A stretch of 64,000 nt of DNA from Rickettsiales bacterium (GTDB taxonomy: Bacteria > Pseudomonadota > Alphaproteobacteria > Rickettsiales > UBA998), in the NCBI GenBank assembly GCA_028279475.1, contig JANQNR010000005.1:6459-70458 (forward strand), given 5' to 3'. Positions 1 to 9,046 of the stretch are shown here, one piece after another. Numbering within the stretch: the first letter of the stretch is position 1; each line of letters starts with the position of its first letter. Position numbers and translations under genes: made by a program. The notes beneath the pieces were generated by a model. It had not been told where the DNA came from and searched no databases. It worked only from the letters and a program-made list of their open reading frames with translations.

Positions 1-879
1 TTCCTCCTGCAAAGATCGGTTTGTAGCAGCAATGATACGAACATTCACCGCTACAGATACGCCTGCTCCTACAGGCTCTACTTCTTTCTGTTGCAAAACG
101 CGTAGCAGTGCTACTTGTGCTGCAAGCGGTAACTCGCCGACTTCATCTAAAAATAATGTGCCGCCATCCGCCTCACGGAACTTACCTTTGGCGTCGGCAA
201 TAGCACCAGTAAAAGCGCCTTTTTTATGACCAAATAAAGTGCTTTCCACCAACTCTTTCGGGATAGCTCCACAGTTTACCGCAATGAAAGGCTGTGAATG
301 CCTGTTGCTATGCGTATGAATGGCGCGGGCGATCACTTCTTTCCCTGTACCGCTCTCGCCTGTGATAAGTGTCGGAATATCCGAATCGGCTGCACGACGC
401 GCCAGCTTGATACTATCGGACAATCCACTATGATGTCCAATGATCTGCTCAAACCTGCCAGCTGTGTTCTGCCCTCGTAATACCCGCACTTCCTGTTCCA
501 GATCATGAAGGCGCAATGCATTATCCAATGACACTTTTAACCGTGCCGGTTCTACCGGTTTACGCAGAAAATCTACGGCTCCAAGCTGCATGACTTCAAT
601 CGCGTCATCCATGTCTTCACTGGCTGTTAGAATAATGACTGGAATGTCCGGATAACGTTCTTTGATACGAGGTAAGACCGTTTTGCCGTCCATATCCGGC
701 ATAAAGAGATCAAGCATGATCGCGTCAACAGGCCGCTCTGGCTGCTTAAGCCAATACAGCGCTTCGGCACCACTGCCAGCACAACTCACTTGATACCCTA
801 AATGGCTTGTGAGCAGCTTTGTATAGAGTACGCGCTGCATGTGATCATCTTCAACCAGCAATATATGGTGCGAGTGCAT
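1..879 (-). CDS. Sigma-54-dependent response regulator (NtrC/LuxO-like enhancer-binding protein). 5' part only; it runs off the left edge of the window.
   Basis: Not in the ORF track because there is no stop in the window. The reverse complement of 841-879 reads [13 protein letters not shown] (receiver domain). Reverse translation of 301-360 gives [15 protein letters not shown] (Walker A), and 181-240 gives [19 protein letters not shown] (GAFTGA sigma-54 contact motif). Confidence 0.9.
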   Translation of the reverse strand, partial: MHSHHILLVEDDHMQRVLYTKLLTSHLGYQVSCAGSGAEALYWLKQPERPVDAIMLDLFMPDMDGKTVLPRIKERYPDIPVIILTASEDMDDAIEVMQLGAVDFLRKPVEPARLKVSLDNALRLHDLEQEVRVLRGQNTAGRFEQIIGHHSGLSDSIKLARRAADSDIPTLITGESGTGKEVIARAIHTHSNRHSQPFIAVNCGAIPKELVESTLFGHKKGAFTGAIADAKGKFREADGGTLFLDEVGELPLAAQVALLRVLQQKEVEPVGAGVSVAVNVRIIAATNRSLQEE

Positions 880-1027
880 ACAGACATACTATCAAGCACA
901 TCTGAATATTCTCTTAAAATGCGATACTCTATTATTTCGCCAGACCTATTTTGAGGTGCATAGTAATTACATCAAATGCAATGCAATAATATAATTATAT
1001 ATCAATAGGATAATATGATACTCAATT

Positions 1028-1043
1028 TGGCACACCCCCTGCA
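1028..1043 (+). promoter_or_regulatory. Candidate sigma-54 (-24/-12) promoter for the 1078-7287 operon
   Basis: TGGCAC-acccc-CTGCA matches TGGCAC-N5-TTGCW with one mismatch and the correct GG-to-GC spacing. It lies about 35 nt upstream of the ATG at 1078, in an AT-rich divergent region next to the sigma-54 activator gene. Confidence 0.55.
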
Positions 1044-1077
1044 CTTACTAGATTAATTATCAATCTAGGAGTATGCA

Positions 1078-1938
1078 ATGCGAAGGATACGTAAAGGAAG
1101 TGAGGTGGCATTACGGGATATGCTATCAGCCATTGAACAAAATACGGTGTCATGGCGCGCGATCTGCCTCCATATTGCCGACCTGACGGAATCAGAACGT
1201 CAGGAAGCGAAACAGATCTCTCATAATATTTTGGAAGCGCAGTTGGATATGGAAGATACCACTATGTTCGACTGCGAAGATGATGATGTTATCACCGTAT
1301 GCAGAGGAGTTAGCGCTAAGGTGCTGTTGTCGTTATGCGAGCAGCTCAACTATCTCTTTTCATCAGACGAGCATACAGGTGAACAACGTGTTGTATTGCT
1401 GGATTTAAGCGTAGAGCTGGAGACGTTGCGTTCGCTCGTGGATAGTAGGATAGAGACGATTATTGTGCGGAACAAGGCGGCACAGGAAGAAAAAGATAAA
1501 ACGTCTGTTGAACACAACGAAAATACTCCGCCCGAAGAACATCTCACACGCCATGAATTCACCATCTTGATTGTAGAAGATGATCCCATGTCACTGCGAA
1601 TGGTTACGAATTTGTTGCAAAAAGAGTATCACGTCATCGCTGCGGGCACGGGAGAAGAAGCGCTCGGTATGTATGGATTACACCGTCCTGATCTGGTGTT
1701 TCTGGATATTGGATTGCCCGATATGGAAGGACATGAGGTGCTTGAATCTATGCGCGATCGTGACCCTGAAGCGCACGTCATCATGTTGAGCGGCAATAGC
1801 TTTAAAGATGCCATCATGAAAGCGATGAAGCTTGGTGCTAAAGGGTTTGTCGGCAAGCCATTTTGTCAGGAAAAGCTCAAGAGCTATATCACCAACAGCC
1901 CGAATTACAGCTATTATTTCGAGGGAGGAGAGGCATGA
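1078..1938 (+). CDS. Response regulator with a C-terminal receiver (REC) domain and an uncharacterised N-terminal domain of about 165 aa
   Basis: The C-terminus ILIVEDDPMSLRMV...DLVFLDIGLPDMEGHEV...GAKGFVGKPF is a typical CheY-like receiver. AGGAG lies 7 nt before the ATG. I recognise no motif in the N-terminal part. Confidence 0.8.
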   Translation: MRRIRKGSEVALRDMLSAIEQNTVSWRAICLHIADLTESERQEAKQISHNILEAQLDMEDTTMFDCEDDDVITVCRGVSAKVLLSLCEQLNYLFSSDEHTGEQRVVLLDLSVELETLRSLVDSRIETIIVRNKAAQEEKDKTSVEHNENTPPEEHLTRHEFTILIVEDDPMSLRMVTNLLQKEYHVIAAGTGEEALGMYGLHRPDLVFLDIGLPDMEGHEVLESMRDRDPEAHVIMLSGNSFKDAIMKAMKLGAKGFVGKPFCQEKLKSYITNSPNYSYYFEGGEA

Positions 1939-2831
1939 AACTGATTCACCACGCGGTAGAAGCCCAGTACCATTTAGCATCCATCATGAGCATGTTGCAT
2001 AATCGTGTGAGCATATCAGAAGCTTTTTATGTCGCCGTGTTGACGCCGGATGCAACAGAGAAACAGCTATTAAATGCGGCGGCATTAGAGCATATCGGAG
2101 AAGTCGTGCTTTCAGCATTCGATGCTGATGATAATGATGCGTCCATTGTATTGGCTAGCCCACGCCATCTCATTCTATCTTATCGGGTGGAGGCGGAGAT
2201 ATGTCCTGAGTCACTGATGGATATGATTAACCGCTCGCCATCGCCTCATATTCCATGGTTAGAGGGCATGCTCTTTCATCTGCCTGAACATGCCTGTGAA
2301 TTGGAATCCTATATGCAGGAGGTTATTTGGCCTGGCGACAGACCAGGCATGAATCCACACAAAGAGGACATCATGGAACGGTTGGTTCCGCACATGGCAG
2401 ATGCGCTGAGTGCATGGAAAAGCAATCGTGAGGGGCGTGAAGGACGCAGTAAACCGCATCTGATGCTGGTTGAAGATGACGCATTTACTCGCACGATTGT
2501 GTCACGCTCACTAAGGGATGATTACCCGTTAACAAGCGCCTGTAACGGTGCAGAAGCACTGGAAAAACAATGCATCTGGATGCCGGATATTGTCTTTTTG
2601 GATTTAGGGCTGCCGGATGTGGATGGCTTTGCGCTTCTGCGCCAGATTACCATGATCGACCCCTATGTGATGGTCATCATTTTTAGCGGGCAGAGCTTTC
2701 TTGATCATCGGTTGCGTGCCTTGCATGAGGGGGCAAAGGGCTTCCTGCCAAAGCCTTTCGATCGCCATGCATTTGACCATTACATTGCGCACTGGCAACG
2801 CCATCATCAACCGCAACTATCATTGCTGTAA
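1935..2831 (+). CDS. Second response regulator with a C-terminal REC domain and a different uncharacterised N-terminal domain of about 195 aa
   Basis: The ATG at 1935 overlaps the upstream stop (ATGA), indicating translational coupling. Receiver motifs: LMLVEDDAFTR...DIVFLDLGLPDVDG...GAKGFLPKPF. The ORF-track start at 1863 would overlap the upstream gene by 76 nt. Confidence 0.75.
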   Translation: MKLIHHAVEAQYHLASIMSMLHNRVSISEAFYVAVLTPDATEKQLLNAAALEHIGEVVLSAFDADDNDASIVLASPRHLILSYRVEAEICPESLMDMINRSPSPHIPWLEGMLFHLPEHACELESYMQEVIWPGDRPGMNPHKEDIMERLVPHMADALSAWKSNREGREGRSKPHLMLVEDDAFTRTIVSRSLRDDYPLTSACNGAEALEKQCIWMPDIVFLDLGLPDVDGFALLRQITMIDPYVMVIIFSGQSFLDHRLRALHEGAKGFLPKPFDRHAFDHYIAHWQRHHQPQLSLL

Positions 2832-2852
2832 TACATTTTTAAGGAGGATTAT

Positions 2853-4112
2853 ATGAACCGTTACATATTATTGCCGTACTTGGTAGCATCTGGCCTGCTG
2901 GCATTTGCACAACCTACCAGCGCTGAAACATTCAGCACCCAGCAAGAAATTGAGGCGCTTAAAGGACGGCTGCATGCATTGGAAGCACGGCAGGAAAAAA
3001 AAGCGGCCATTACCTTTGCGCCTGGACCAAAAATTACCTCAGCAGATGGACGCACATCCTTGCAGTTAGATGGGTTTGTACAGGCAGATGCCAGTTTTTA
3101 TACACAGGATGATGTTGGTCGCGCTGATTCTACGACTATCAGACGTGCACGCATAGGTGTGAAGGGCACGATTGAGGAGGCATGGAACTACCGCCTACTG
3201 CTAGAATTTGGCGATGTGAATGCAACATTAGTTGATGCGTTTATTGCCTATAAGGGGCTGGAGAATACGACGCTGACAGTCGGACAATTCCGTGAACCCT
3301 TTAGTCTGGAACAGCTCACACCTGCGAAGTACTGGACGTTCACTGAGAAGGCAGCGGCTAAAGCGTTGAGTCCCACACGAAGCATTGGTGTGGCAGGTAG
3401 CTATGCAGGTGATAACTGGACAGCCACAGCGGGTCTATTTGGTGAAAATGTCAATAGTAAGCGTTCCGTCAATGAAGGCTGGGCACTGACTGGACGTACC
3501 ACATATGTCCCATGGTATGCCAAAAACGAGGTGCTGCATCTTGGGCTGGCAGCGACACATCGCCAAATCGGAGGAGATCAGACATTCAAACTGAAAGCTC
3601 CGGACGAGAATGGCATTACTTCGGTAAAGTCATTGGATTTGAGCGCATTTGCTGACGCTGATGATACCACGGCCTACGGTGCTGAAGTGCTAGGTATCTA
3701 TGGCCCTTATTCGGTACAAGCCGAATATATCCGGCGCGATATTACACTCGCGGGCGGTGACGTGTCACTAAATGGCTGGTATGTTCAGGGGTCATGGTTC
3801 CTGACAGGCGAGTCACGCAATTATAAACGCAAAAAAGGAGCAATAGGGCGTACGAAAATTCTCAATCCTTTGACACCTGAGATGGATGGATTGGGAGCAT
3901 TTGAATTGGCGGCACGCTACAGTGAACTGGATTTGAATGATGGCTCGGTAGCACGTGGCAAGCTGGAAAACATCACTACGGGGCTCAACTGGTATCCGAA
4001 TGACTATACCAAACTGATGCTGGATTACGGCATTACTACAACGGATGAGCATGCCAAGCTGCCGGATGATGAAGCACAGGTTGTCATGGTTCGTGCGCAG
4101 TTTGAATTTTAA
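2853..4112 (+). CDS. Phosphate-selective porin O/P (OprO/OprP) family outer-membrane porin
   Basis: Signal peptide, an N-terminal coiled-coil segment (QQEIEALKGRLHALEARQEKK), beta-strand-rich alternating sequence and a C-terminal ...RAQFEF ending in Phe. AGGAGG RBS. Confidence 0.7.
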   Translation: MNRYILLPYLVASGLLAFAQPTSAETFSTQQEIEALKGRLHALEARQEKKAAITFAPGPKITSADGRTSLQLDGFVQADASFYTQDDVGRADSTTIRRARIGVKGTIEEAWNYRLLLEFGDVNATLVDAFIAYKGLENTTLTVGQFREPFSLEQLTPAKYWTFTEKAAAKALSPTRSIGVAGSYAGDNWTATAGLFGENVNSKRSVNEGWALTGRTTYVPWYAKNEVLHLGLAATHRQIGGDQTFKLKAPDENGITSVKSLDLSAFADADDTTAYGAEVLGIYGPYSVQAEYIRRDITLAGGDVSLNGWYVQGSWFLTGESRNYKRKKGAIGRTKILNPLTPEMDGLGAFELAARYSELDLNDGSVARGKLENITTGLNWYPNDYTKLMLDYGITTTDEHAKLPDDEAQVVMVRAQFEF

Positions 4113-4126
4113 GAGGAAGGCACATT

Positions 4127-5026
4127 ATGAAATATCTAATAAACAATACTATGCATATATTGTCATCACGCTGGCACAGGCCGGAGTCCATTTCCGGTAT
4201 GACGTGGGTCGTCATCACCGCACTACTTATAAGCAGCACTGCCTATGCCAGCGAGATGTCACCAACAGACAATGCACCACGTGAATGCAGTGTTGGCATT
4301 GTTCCTCAATTTGAACAACGCCGCTTATTCACTGTCTGGCGTCCTATTATGGAAAAGCTCTCCGCAAGCACCCATTGCACATTCACCCTGATTGGCAGCA
4401 GTAATATCAGCGAGTTTGAAGAGGTGTTTCTGAATGGAGGCTATGATTTCGTTTATTTTAATCCCTACCATGCTGTTATGGCATACAAAGCACAGGGTTA
4501 TGTGCCACTGGTGCGTTCAGGTGCCAAAAAGCTCAAAGGCATTTTAGTCGTACCCAAAGACAGCCCTATTATGGATGTTGCGAAGCTGGATGGACAAACA
4601 TTAGCTTTCCCGTCACCTAATGCGTTGGGGGCATCACTTATGATGCGCGCTGAACTGGCAACGGATCATGGGCTAAACATCACCCCGCTCTATGTCAAAA
4701 CCCATAGCTCCACCTATCTGCATGTCGCCAAAGGACTCAATGCAGCTGGCGGTGGCGTAATGCGTACCTTTAAAGAGCAACCGGATCATATACGTGAGCG
4801 CCTACGTGTGCTCTACACCACCAAAGAGGTCTATGCTCACCCATTTGCGGTGCATCCACGTATTCCAGAAGCTTTGCAGCAGCAGGTGCAGCAGGCATGG
4901 CTGGCACTAGCAAAAGAAGAGCCTGCTTTATTTGATGCTATTCCGATGCAGAACTCTGTTGCTACCAGTCTCAAGGACTATAAGCCACTGATGGATATGG
5001 GGCTGGAAGCCTTTGTAGGGAAATAA
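4127..5026 (+). CDS. PhnD-like (phosphate/phosphonate ABC-type) periplasmic substrate-binding protein. No cognate permease or ATPase is adjacent.
   Basis: N-terminal hydrophobic signal-like segment. VGIVPQFEQRRLFTVWRPIMEKL...YDFVYFNPYHAV...LKGILVVPKDSPI...LAFPSPNALGASL resembles the PhnD-type SBP fold family. Confidence 0.65.
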   Translation: MKYLINNTMHILSSRWHRPESISGMTWVVITALLISSTAYASEMSPTDNAPRECSVGIVPQFEQRRLFTVWRPIMEKLSASTHCTFTLIGSSNISEFEEVFLNGGYDFVYFNPYHAVMAYKAQGYVPLVRSGAKKLKGILVVPKDSPIMDVAKLDGQTLAFPSPNALGASLMMRAELATDHGLNITPLYVKTHSSTYLHVAKGLNAAGGGVMRTFKEQPDHIRERLRVLYTTKEVYAHPFAVHPRIPEALQQQVQQAWLALAKEEPALFDAIPMQNSVATSLKDYKPLMDMGLEAFVGK

Positions 5027-5031
5027 TTCGT

Positions 5032-7287
5032 ATGGGATTACGCCTGAAAATATTTTTGCCGCTGGCAGCGCTGATCTTAGGACTCTGCGCCTATGGATGG
5101 TGGGTATGGCTGCCAACCTCTATCGCCTATTCTGCAAAACTGGCGAATGCACAACAGGCGCGCACACTGGGAAGCGTGGCAGAAGGTGTGGTGCCACTGA
5201 TGTTGGAGAACCAACTTGCCAATATCTACGATAATCTGGATAAGGTACGCGAGGCAAATCCGGACTGGGTACAGCTTGTCCTGCTAGATAGTAATCAGCA
5301 ACATCTCTATCCGTTTGATGCTGAAGCGCTAATGCCAACGTCTGATACGCATTATCATATTCGCCAGCCTGTTGTCGCAGATGTAGTGATTGGCGAGATA
5401 ATAGCTGTCTATGATTTCTCACAAGCAGCCGATGATATTCGCACGCAGGGTACGCAACTATTGTTGCTCATGCTGGCTGGTCTGGTGCTGGTTGGAGTGA
5501 TGTTAGGCGGTGTGATGCATCTGTTCGTTCTTCGTCCTGTGCATCTGCTGGCTACAGCATCTAATGCCTTGTCAGAAGGAGACTATGATACGGCCTTGCC
5601 TAATACACGGCCGGATGAAATCGGTACACTCGTTACCAGCTTTGCCAATATGCGCCAAACCATTCAAGAATCGCAAGCCTCTTTGGCGGAAAATAATAAG
5701 CAACTCCTCAAAGAGAAGGAGCGCGCCGAGGCGGCAAATCTAGCCAAAAGTGATTTTCTGGCCAATATGAGCCATGAATTGCGCACGCCAATGAACGGGA
5801 TTATTGGTCTCAGCCAGATGTTACTAGATACCTCGCTCAATGAAGAACAAAGCGAGTCTATTCGTGCGGTGTATCGCTCCAGTGAAGGGTTGCTCTTGTT
5901 GCTTAATGATCTGCTTGATTTCTCCAAAATCGAAGCCGATGAGCTGACGCTAGAGGATATACCCTTCAATATGCATCGCACACTTAAAGAATGTCTAGAT
6001 TTGCTGGAGCCACTTGCGACTCGCAAGCAAGTTCGCCTGGACTATCAATATAGTCCGGTGGCTCCCAATCATATTATTGGTGATTCGGCACGTATCCGTC
6101 AGATTGTGACTAACCTTGTCGGTAACGCAATTAAATTCACCGATGAAGGGTTTGTAAAGCTGGATATCTCAGCGCAGCGTCATAACGAACATCAGGCGAC
6201 TATCTCTTTTCGTATTGATGATACAGGCATTGGTATTCCTCCTGAGCATACGCATCATATCTTTGAGAAATTTACACAGGCCAATACTTCTACCGCACGC
6301 AAATATGGTGGCACTGGTCTGGGGCTTGCCATCTGCAAAAAGCTGGTGGGACTGATGGGCGGTGAAATCGGGGTAGATAGCGTGTCGGGCCGAGGTTCCA
6401 GTTTTTGGTTTACCCTGCCTGTCACCCTGCCTGACAGTGAAACCATTGACTATTTGAAGGAACAGCAGACGGCAACCACAACGTTAAAACAGGGTGCATT
6501 GCCAGCGCCTATATTAAATAAGCGCCTGATCGTGATTGATGACCATCCGATCAATCTGTTATTCGCCAAAAAGCTGCTAGTGAAGTTAGGGTTTGAGTAT
6601 ATTGATACCGCTCATAATGGCAAGTTGGCACTCGAAATGATAAACCAAAATCAGTACGATATGATTATTACCGACTGCCAGATGCCTGAAATGGATGGCT
6701 ATGAGGTCAGCCGCCATATTCGCGAGCGTGAAGCAGGTACGGATAAGCGCATTCCAATTGCTGCCATGACAGCCAATGCCATGGTAGGAGATCGTGACAA
6801 ATGCCTTGAAGCCGGGATGGATGACTATCTCAGCAAGCCGATTAACACCGACAAGCTCACAGATGTACTGCTACGATGGCTCTCAGATACGGAAACTGAT
6901 AGAGTATTGCCTACTGAGGGAGAGTCGGATGAAAATTCAGCCGATAATGACAATAATACACTGCCTGTGGATGAAGAGCATCTCAGCCTGATGATTGGCG
7001 ATGATCCGGAGGAACGGGCTGAGATTATTGATATGTTTCTAGAGTTATCTGAGGAAGGGCTGAATCAACTGCACACACTAACAGGAAGCCATACAGTAGA
7101 AGACTGGAAGAAAACTACCCACCGCCTCAAAGGCTCCGCAGCCAATTTCGGTGCTACTCGTATGTCAGAACATTGCAAAAAAGCCGAACTAGACTATGAG
7201 GCAGAACCACACATAAAACAGCAATTACTGAATGACATCACTTCTTCTTTCAACGAAGTCAAAGGATATTTAAAGCAAGTCTCCTAA
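5032..7287 (+). CDS. Hybrid sensor histidine kinase (2 TM segments with a periplasmic loop, HAMP, HisKA, HATPase_c, REC, Hpt)
   Basis: H-box FLANMSHELRTPMNGIIG; N/G boxes NLVGNAIKFT and DTGIGIPPE...GGTGLGLAICKKLV; receiver LIVIDDHPINL...DMIITDCQMPEMDG; Hpt motif HRLKGSAANFGA. Confidence 0.9.
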   Translation: MGLRLKIFLPLAALILGLCAYGWWVWLPTSIAYSAKLANAQQARTLGSVAEGVVPLMLENQLANIYDNLDKVREANPDWVQLVLLDSNQQHLYPFDAEALMPTSDTHYHIRQPVVADVVIGEIIAVYDFSQAADDIRTQGTQLLLLMLAGLVLVGVMLGGVMHLFVLRPVHLLATASNALSEGDYDTALPNTRPDEIGTLVTSFANMRQTIQESQASLAENNKQLLKEKERAEAANLAKSDFLANMSHELRTPMNGIIGLSQMLLDTSLNEEQSESIRAVYRSSEGLLLLLNDLLDFSKIEADELTLEDIPFNMHRTLKECLDLLEPLATRKQVRLDYQYSPVAPNHIIGDSARIRQIVTNLVGNAIKFTDEGFVKLDISAQRHNEHQATISFRIDDTGIGIPPEHTHHIFEKFTQANTSTARKYGGTGLGLAICKKLVGLMGGEIGVDSVSGRGSSFWFTLPVTLPDSETIDYLKEQQTATTTLKQGALPAPILNKRLIVIDDHPINLLFAKKLLVKLGFEYIDTAHNGKLALEMINQNQYDMIITDCQMPEMDGYEVSRHIREREAGTDKRIPIAAMTANAMVGDRDKCLEAGMDDYLSKPINTDKLTDVLLRWLSDTETDRVLPTEGESDENSADNDNNTLPVDEEHLSLMIGDDPEERAEIIDMFLELSEEGLNQLHTLTGSHTVEDWKKTTHRLKGSAANFGATRMSEHCKKAELDYEAEPHIKQQLLNDITSSFNEVKGYLKQVS

Positions 7288-7328
7288 ATATAACCGACTT
7301 CTGAATTATACCTGACGGAACAAGCATA

Positions 7329-8750
7329 TTATCCTATCCCAAACACATAGCGAACAAGCGTCGCGGTGAAGAGCACCGTAAGCGATATAGCGACTATATT
7401 AAGCAGGATACCCGCTTTTACCATGTGTGCGATACGTATGTGACCACTGGAGAAAACGATCGCATTCGGTGGTGTCGACATAGGAAGCATGAAGGCACAT
7501 GAGGCGGCCAAGGTGGCAGGTATAGCGAAAAGCAATGGATCTTTTCCCAATTCTAAGCTCATTCCTCCTAAAATGGGTAGTAATACAGAAATGAGTGCCA
7601 CGTTGCTCATCAGCTCGGTCATTAACAGTGCCACGAGTGCGACGCCGGCAATCAAAACGATGGTGCCATATAGGGATAACCCGGATAGATGTTCGCCTAT
7701 CATCTGGACAAGCCCTGTATTACTCATGGCTGCGGCAATACTCAGCCCTCCACCAAAAAGCAGTAAGATGCCCCATGGCAGTTTTGCCATATCATCCCAC
7801 ACAAGCACACGGCTTTTACCGGTTGGTAGTATGAATAATGTAACCGCTGCCGCAATAGCAATGCCGGTATCACTGATAGAGAACGGTAGCGTACGTTTAA
7901 ACATCCAAAGGAAAGCAGTGAGGATAAAGACCATCAGCACGGATATTTCGCCATGCGTCATCTTGCCAAGTTTCTTCCATTCTGATGCGATGATGTCATC
8001 CGCATGGTGTAGGTGCCCAAGCCGATTAGGATAGATGAGTTTGGTGAGCAGAGCCCAACACGCGATTAACATCACCAGGGCAAAGGGAAGGCCGATTTGC
8101 ATCCAGGAGATAAAATCAATCTGGACGTTGAACGTTTCCTGCATAAATCCTGCCAGCACCGCATTGGGCGGTGTGCCTATTAATGTGGCGGTGCCACCGA
8201 TATTCGCCGCATAGGCGACGCCGAGCATCAGGGCTAGTGCAAAGTATCTTTCATTTTTAGATGCTGTATCACTGGTGGTCAGCGCTAGTACGGAAGCAGC
8301 GATTGGCAGCATCATGACGGTGGTTGCCGTATTACTCATCCACATACTCAAAAACGCTGTCGCTAACATGAATCCTGCAATAATGCCATCCGCATGGGTG
8401 CCTGTTTTACGCAAGATGGCGATGGAAATGCGCTTATGCAGCTGCCACTTTTCCATGGCCAGGGCAATGACAAACCCTCCAAAGAATAGAAAGACAATAG
8501 GATGCCCATAGGATTGCGTGGTTTCCTTAATCGTCATGATATCGAGTAAAGGGAATAAAATAATGGGTAACGTAGCGGTTGCAGGAATGGGGATCGCTTC
8601 TGAAATCCACCATGTGAGCATCAATAGAATGACAGCAAGTGTATGCCATGCCTGTTCATTCAACGTCTCAGGACGGGGCATGATGAGCATCATGGCAAAA
8701 AACAGTATGCCTGTGACTAAGCCAATTCTTTTAACGCTATCTTCTTTCAT
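7329..8750 (-). CDS. SLC13/DASS-family anion:sodium symporter (permease)
   Basis: 473 aa, polytopic, with duplicated hairpin-like motifs (SNTATTVMMLP ... PMSTPPNAIVF) typical of the DASS/NadC/ArsB permease superfamily. Confidence 0.75.
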   Translation of the reverse strand: MKEDSVKRIGLVTGILFFAMMLIMPRPETLNEQAWHTLAVILLMLTWWISEAIPIPATATLPIILFPLLDIMTIKETTQSYGHPIVFLFFGGFVIALAMEKWQLHKRISIAILRKTGTHADGIIAGFMLATAFLSMWMSNTATTVMMLPIAASVLALTTSDTASKNERYFALALMLGVAYAANIGGTATLIGTPPNAVLAGFMQETFNVQIDFISWMQIGLPFALVMLIACWALLTKLIYPNRLGHLHHADDIIASEWKKLGKMTHGEISVLMVFILTAFLWMFKRTLPFSISDTGIAIAAAVTLFILPTGKSRVLVWDDMAKLPWGILLLFGGGLSIAAAMSNTGLVQMIGEHLSGLSLYGTIVLIAGVALVALLMTELMSNVALISVLLPILGGMSLELGKDPLLFAIPATLAASCAFMLPMSTPPNAIVFSSGHIRIAHMVKAGILLNIVAISLTVLFTATLVRYVFGIG

Positions 8751-8848
8751 CCATACTCTTGTTGTACGTTCTTATCATCAGAAAAAAATATATCTAAAAG
8801 ATATGCATATTCCCAGTCCTGATCGGGTGATGAACGTTTTATCACCAT

Positions 8849-8905
8849 TATAGCAGTTCCAAATAATTTTTAGTGTCTGGAAATTATGCGGGAGAAACTG
8901 CTATA
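8849..8905. repeat. Hairpin element with termini TATAGCAGTT ... AACTGCTATA (copy 1)
   Basis: 10-bp perfect inverted termini at 8849-8858 and 8896-8905 with a 37-bp spacer. The same termini recur at 63171-63254. Confidence 0.6.
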
Positions 8906-9046
8906 AATTATATGGTTATCGTTATTTTATCCAAATAAAAAACTGTGCAGTTTTTATTTGGAAGGACTATATAGTGATACATACTGTGCCACAAACTATG
9001 TATGTGCGCTTAAAGCGATGAAGTGATCAAACAGGGAGACATCTAC

